In this document: positions 63,033-64,000 of the stretch, one piece after another
How positions within the stretch are numbered: the stretch's first letter is position 1
Layout: every line of letters starts with the position of its first letter
NCBI GenBank assembly: GCA_044892525.1
Contig: CM097887.1
Span: 79,214,397-79,278,396 of the forward strand
Direction: 5' to 3'
Length of the DNA: 64,000 nucleotides
Source: Schmidtea polychroa
Lineage: Eukaryota
Notes under the pieces: generated by a model
What the model was told of the DNA's origin: nothing
Database searches by the model: none
Seen by the model: the letters and a program-made list of their open reading frames with translations, nothing else
Position numbers and translations under genes: made by a program

Positions 63033-64000
63033 ATCATTTAATTATTCTGATTGTTCCACCACACACACATTTATATAATTACATTTCAGATCAATCTCGA
63101 AATCAAGTTGCAATTCCGAAATTCCAATTAAATTAATTGGAAAAAAATTTATAAAATTTATAATAGAAGTGCCCGATAATAGATGGAATAATTTAGTATG
63201 CCAATCGGATTAGCCAATGTAGGAATATTCAGCAACGGAACAACATCATACAATGATAAAAATTGAGGCAAAAATCAACTGAACTATTGGAAAGCCCAAT
63301 CCAATCATCGTTCACATGTGTTGCTATAGCTAATTATTGTGCGCGCTTATGTTAGTGCGATTATAGGGTATCCGGCAGGGCACATGTGGACATTATAGAT
63401 TATATTGTGGCGAGATGCTTGATATCAGTCTCGCAGTTCTCGCTTACTGTCTCTTTTTCCTAATACGACTTTGTCAATATCTATCATTATCACAATCTTT
63501 CAATTGTTTATCCCCTTGTCAACCGTCTCCCGCAACTATTGAATTTATAGAAACACATTTTGTTATTATTATAAAAAAATAAAATTAATATTTCTAAAAA
63601 GATAATATATTTAAATTTAACTGATACAAAGTTTTCGTTTTATTATAATTTTTTCATTCTTGTGATAAGAAAATTACGTATGAAAGGTGCCGAAATGATA
63701 AAATTCCAAGTAAACTAAATTAAGATGTAGCAATATTGATGGGAGAATAAAAACTGGGCATCCCCATAACATTGGAGACCTTCATGACGAGGTGTAAATA
63801 AAGTTATTTTAAGTTCATCTACTATTATAAAAACTTAATTTTAATTATTATTTATATTCCATCCTGAACCTAATTTTCCCAATAGTGATGTCTATCCATT
63901 TTCTTCTTGATTAATTAAAATAAAAAATTCTTTAAATAACTATTTTTTACAAATTTTGTTGATTGGTGAAATTTATGTTTGATTTATGTAGCAGTTTAAG

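Overview
AT-rich eukaryotic (animal-type) genomic DNA; the host taxon is not determinable from the sequence, although short ~45-130 bp GT-AG introns and (AAT)n tracts would fit a flatworm-like invertebrate (inference). Two minus-strand host genes are present. The first is an FBXW7/sel-10/Cdc4-type F-box-WD40 gene; its F-box exons (42655-42881) join in phase to WD40 exons (19615-20116, 6780-7426) across 22.5 kb and 12.2 kb introns. The second is a multi-exon C2H2/C2HC zinc-finger gene (55563 to at least 61412). The rest is a dense set of DNA transposons, many with resolvable TIRs and TSDs: hAT (Ac-like, Buster/Charlie, Tip100), piggyBac, Tc1/mariner (pogo/Tigger, DD37D maT, Tc1), Merlin, Mutator and MITEs, several nested. 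Three carry uninterrupted transposase ORFs (hAT 1315-4913, maT 34262-35579, piggyBac 43608-46172). The most unusual observation is a ~340 bp insert (about 40694-41033) inside a Merlin transposase gene. Across one frameshift and two stops it encodes the N-terminal ~100 aa of a phlebovirus/tenuivirus-like (Phenuiviridae) nucleocapsid protein. This would be an RNA-virus endogenous element carried inside a DNA transposon, antisense within the FBXW7 intron.
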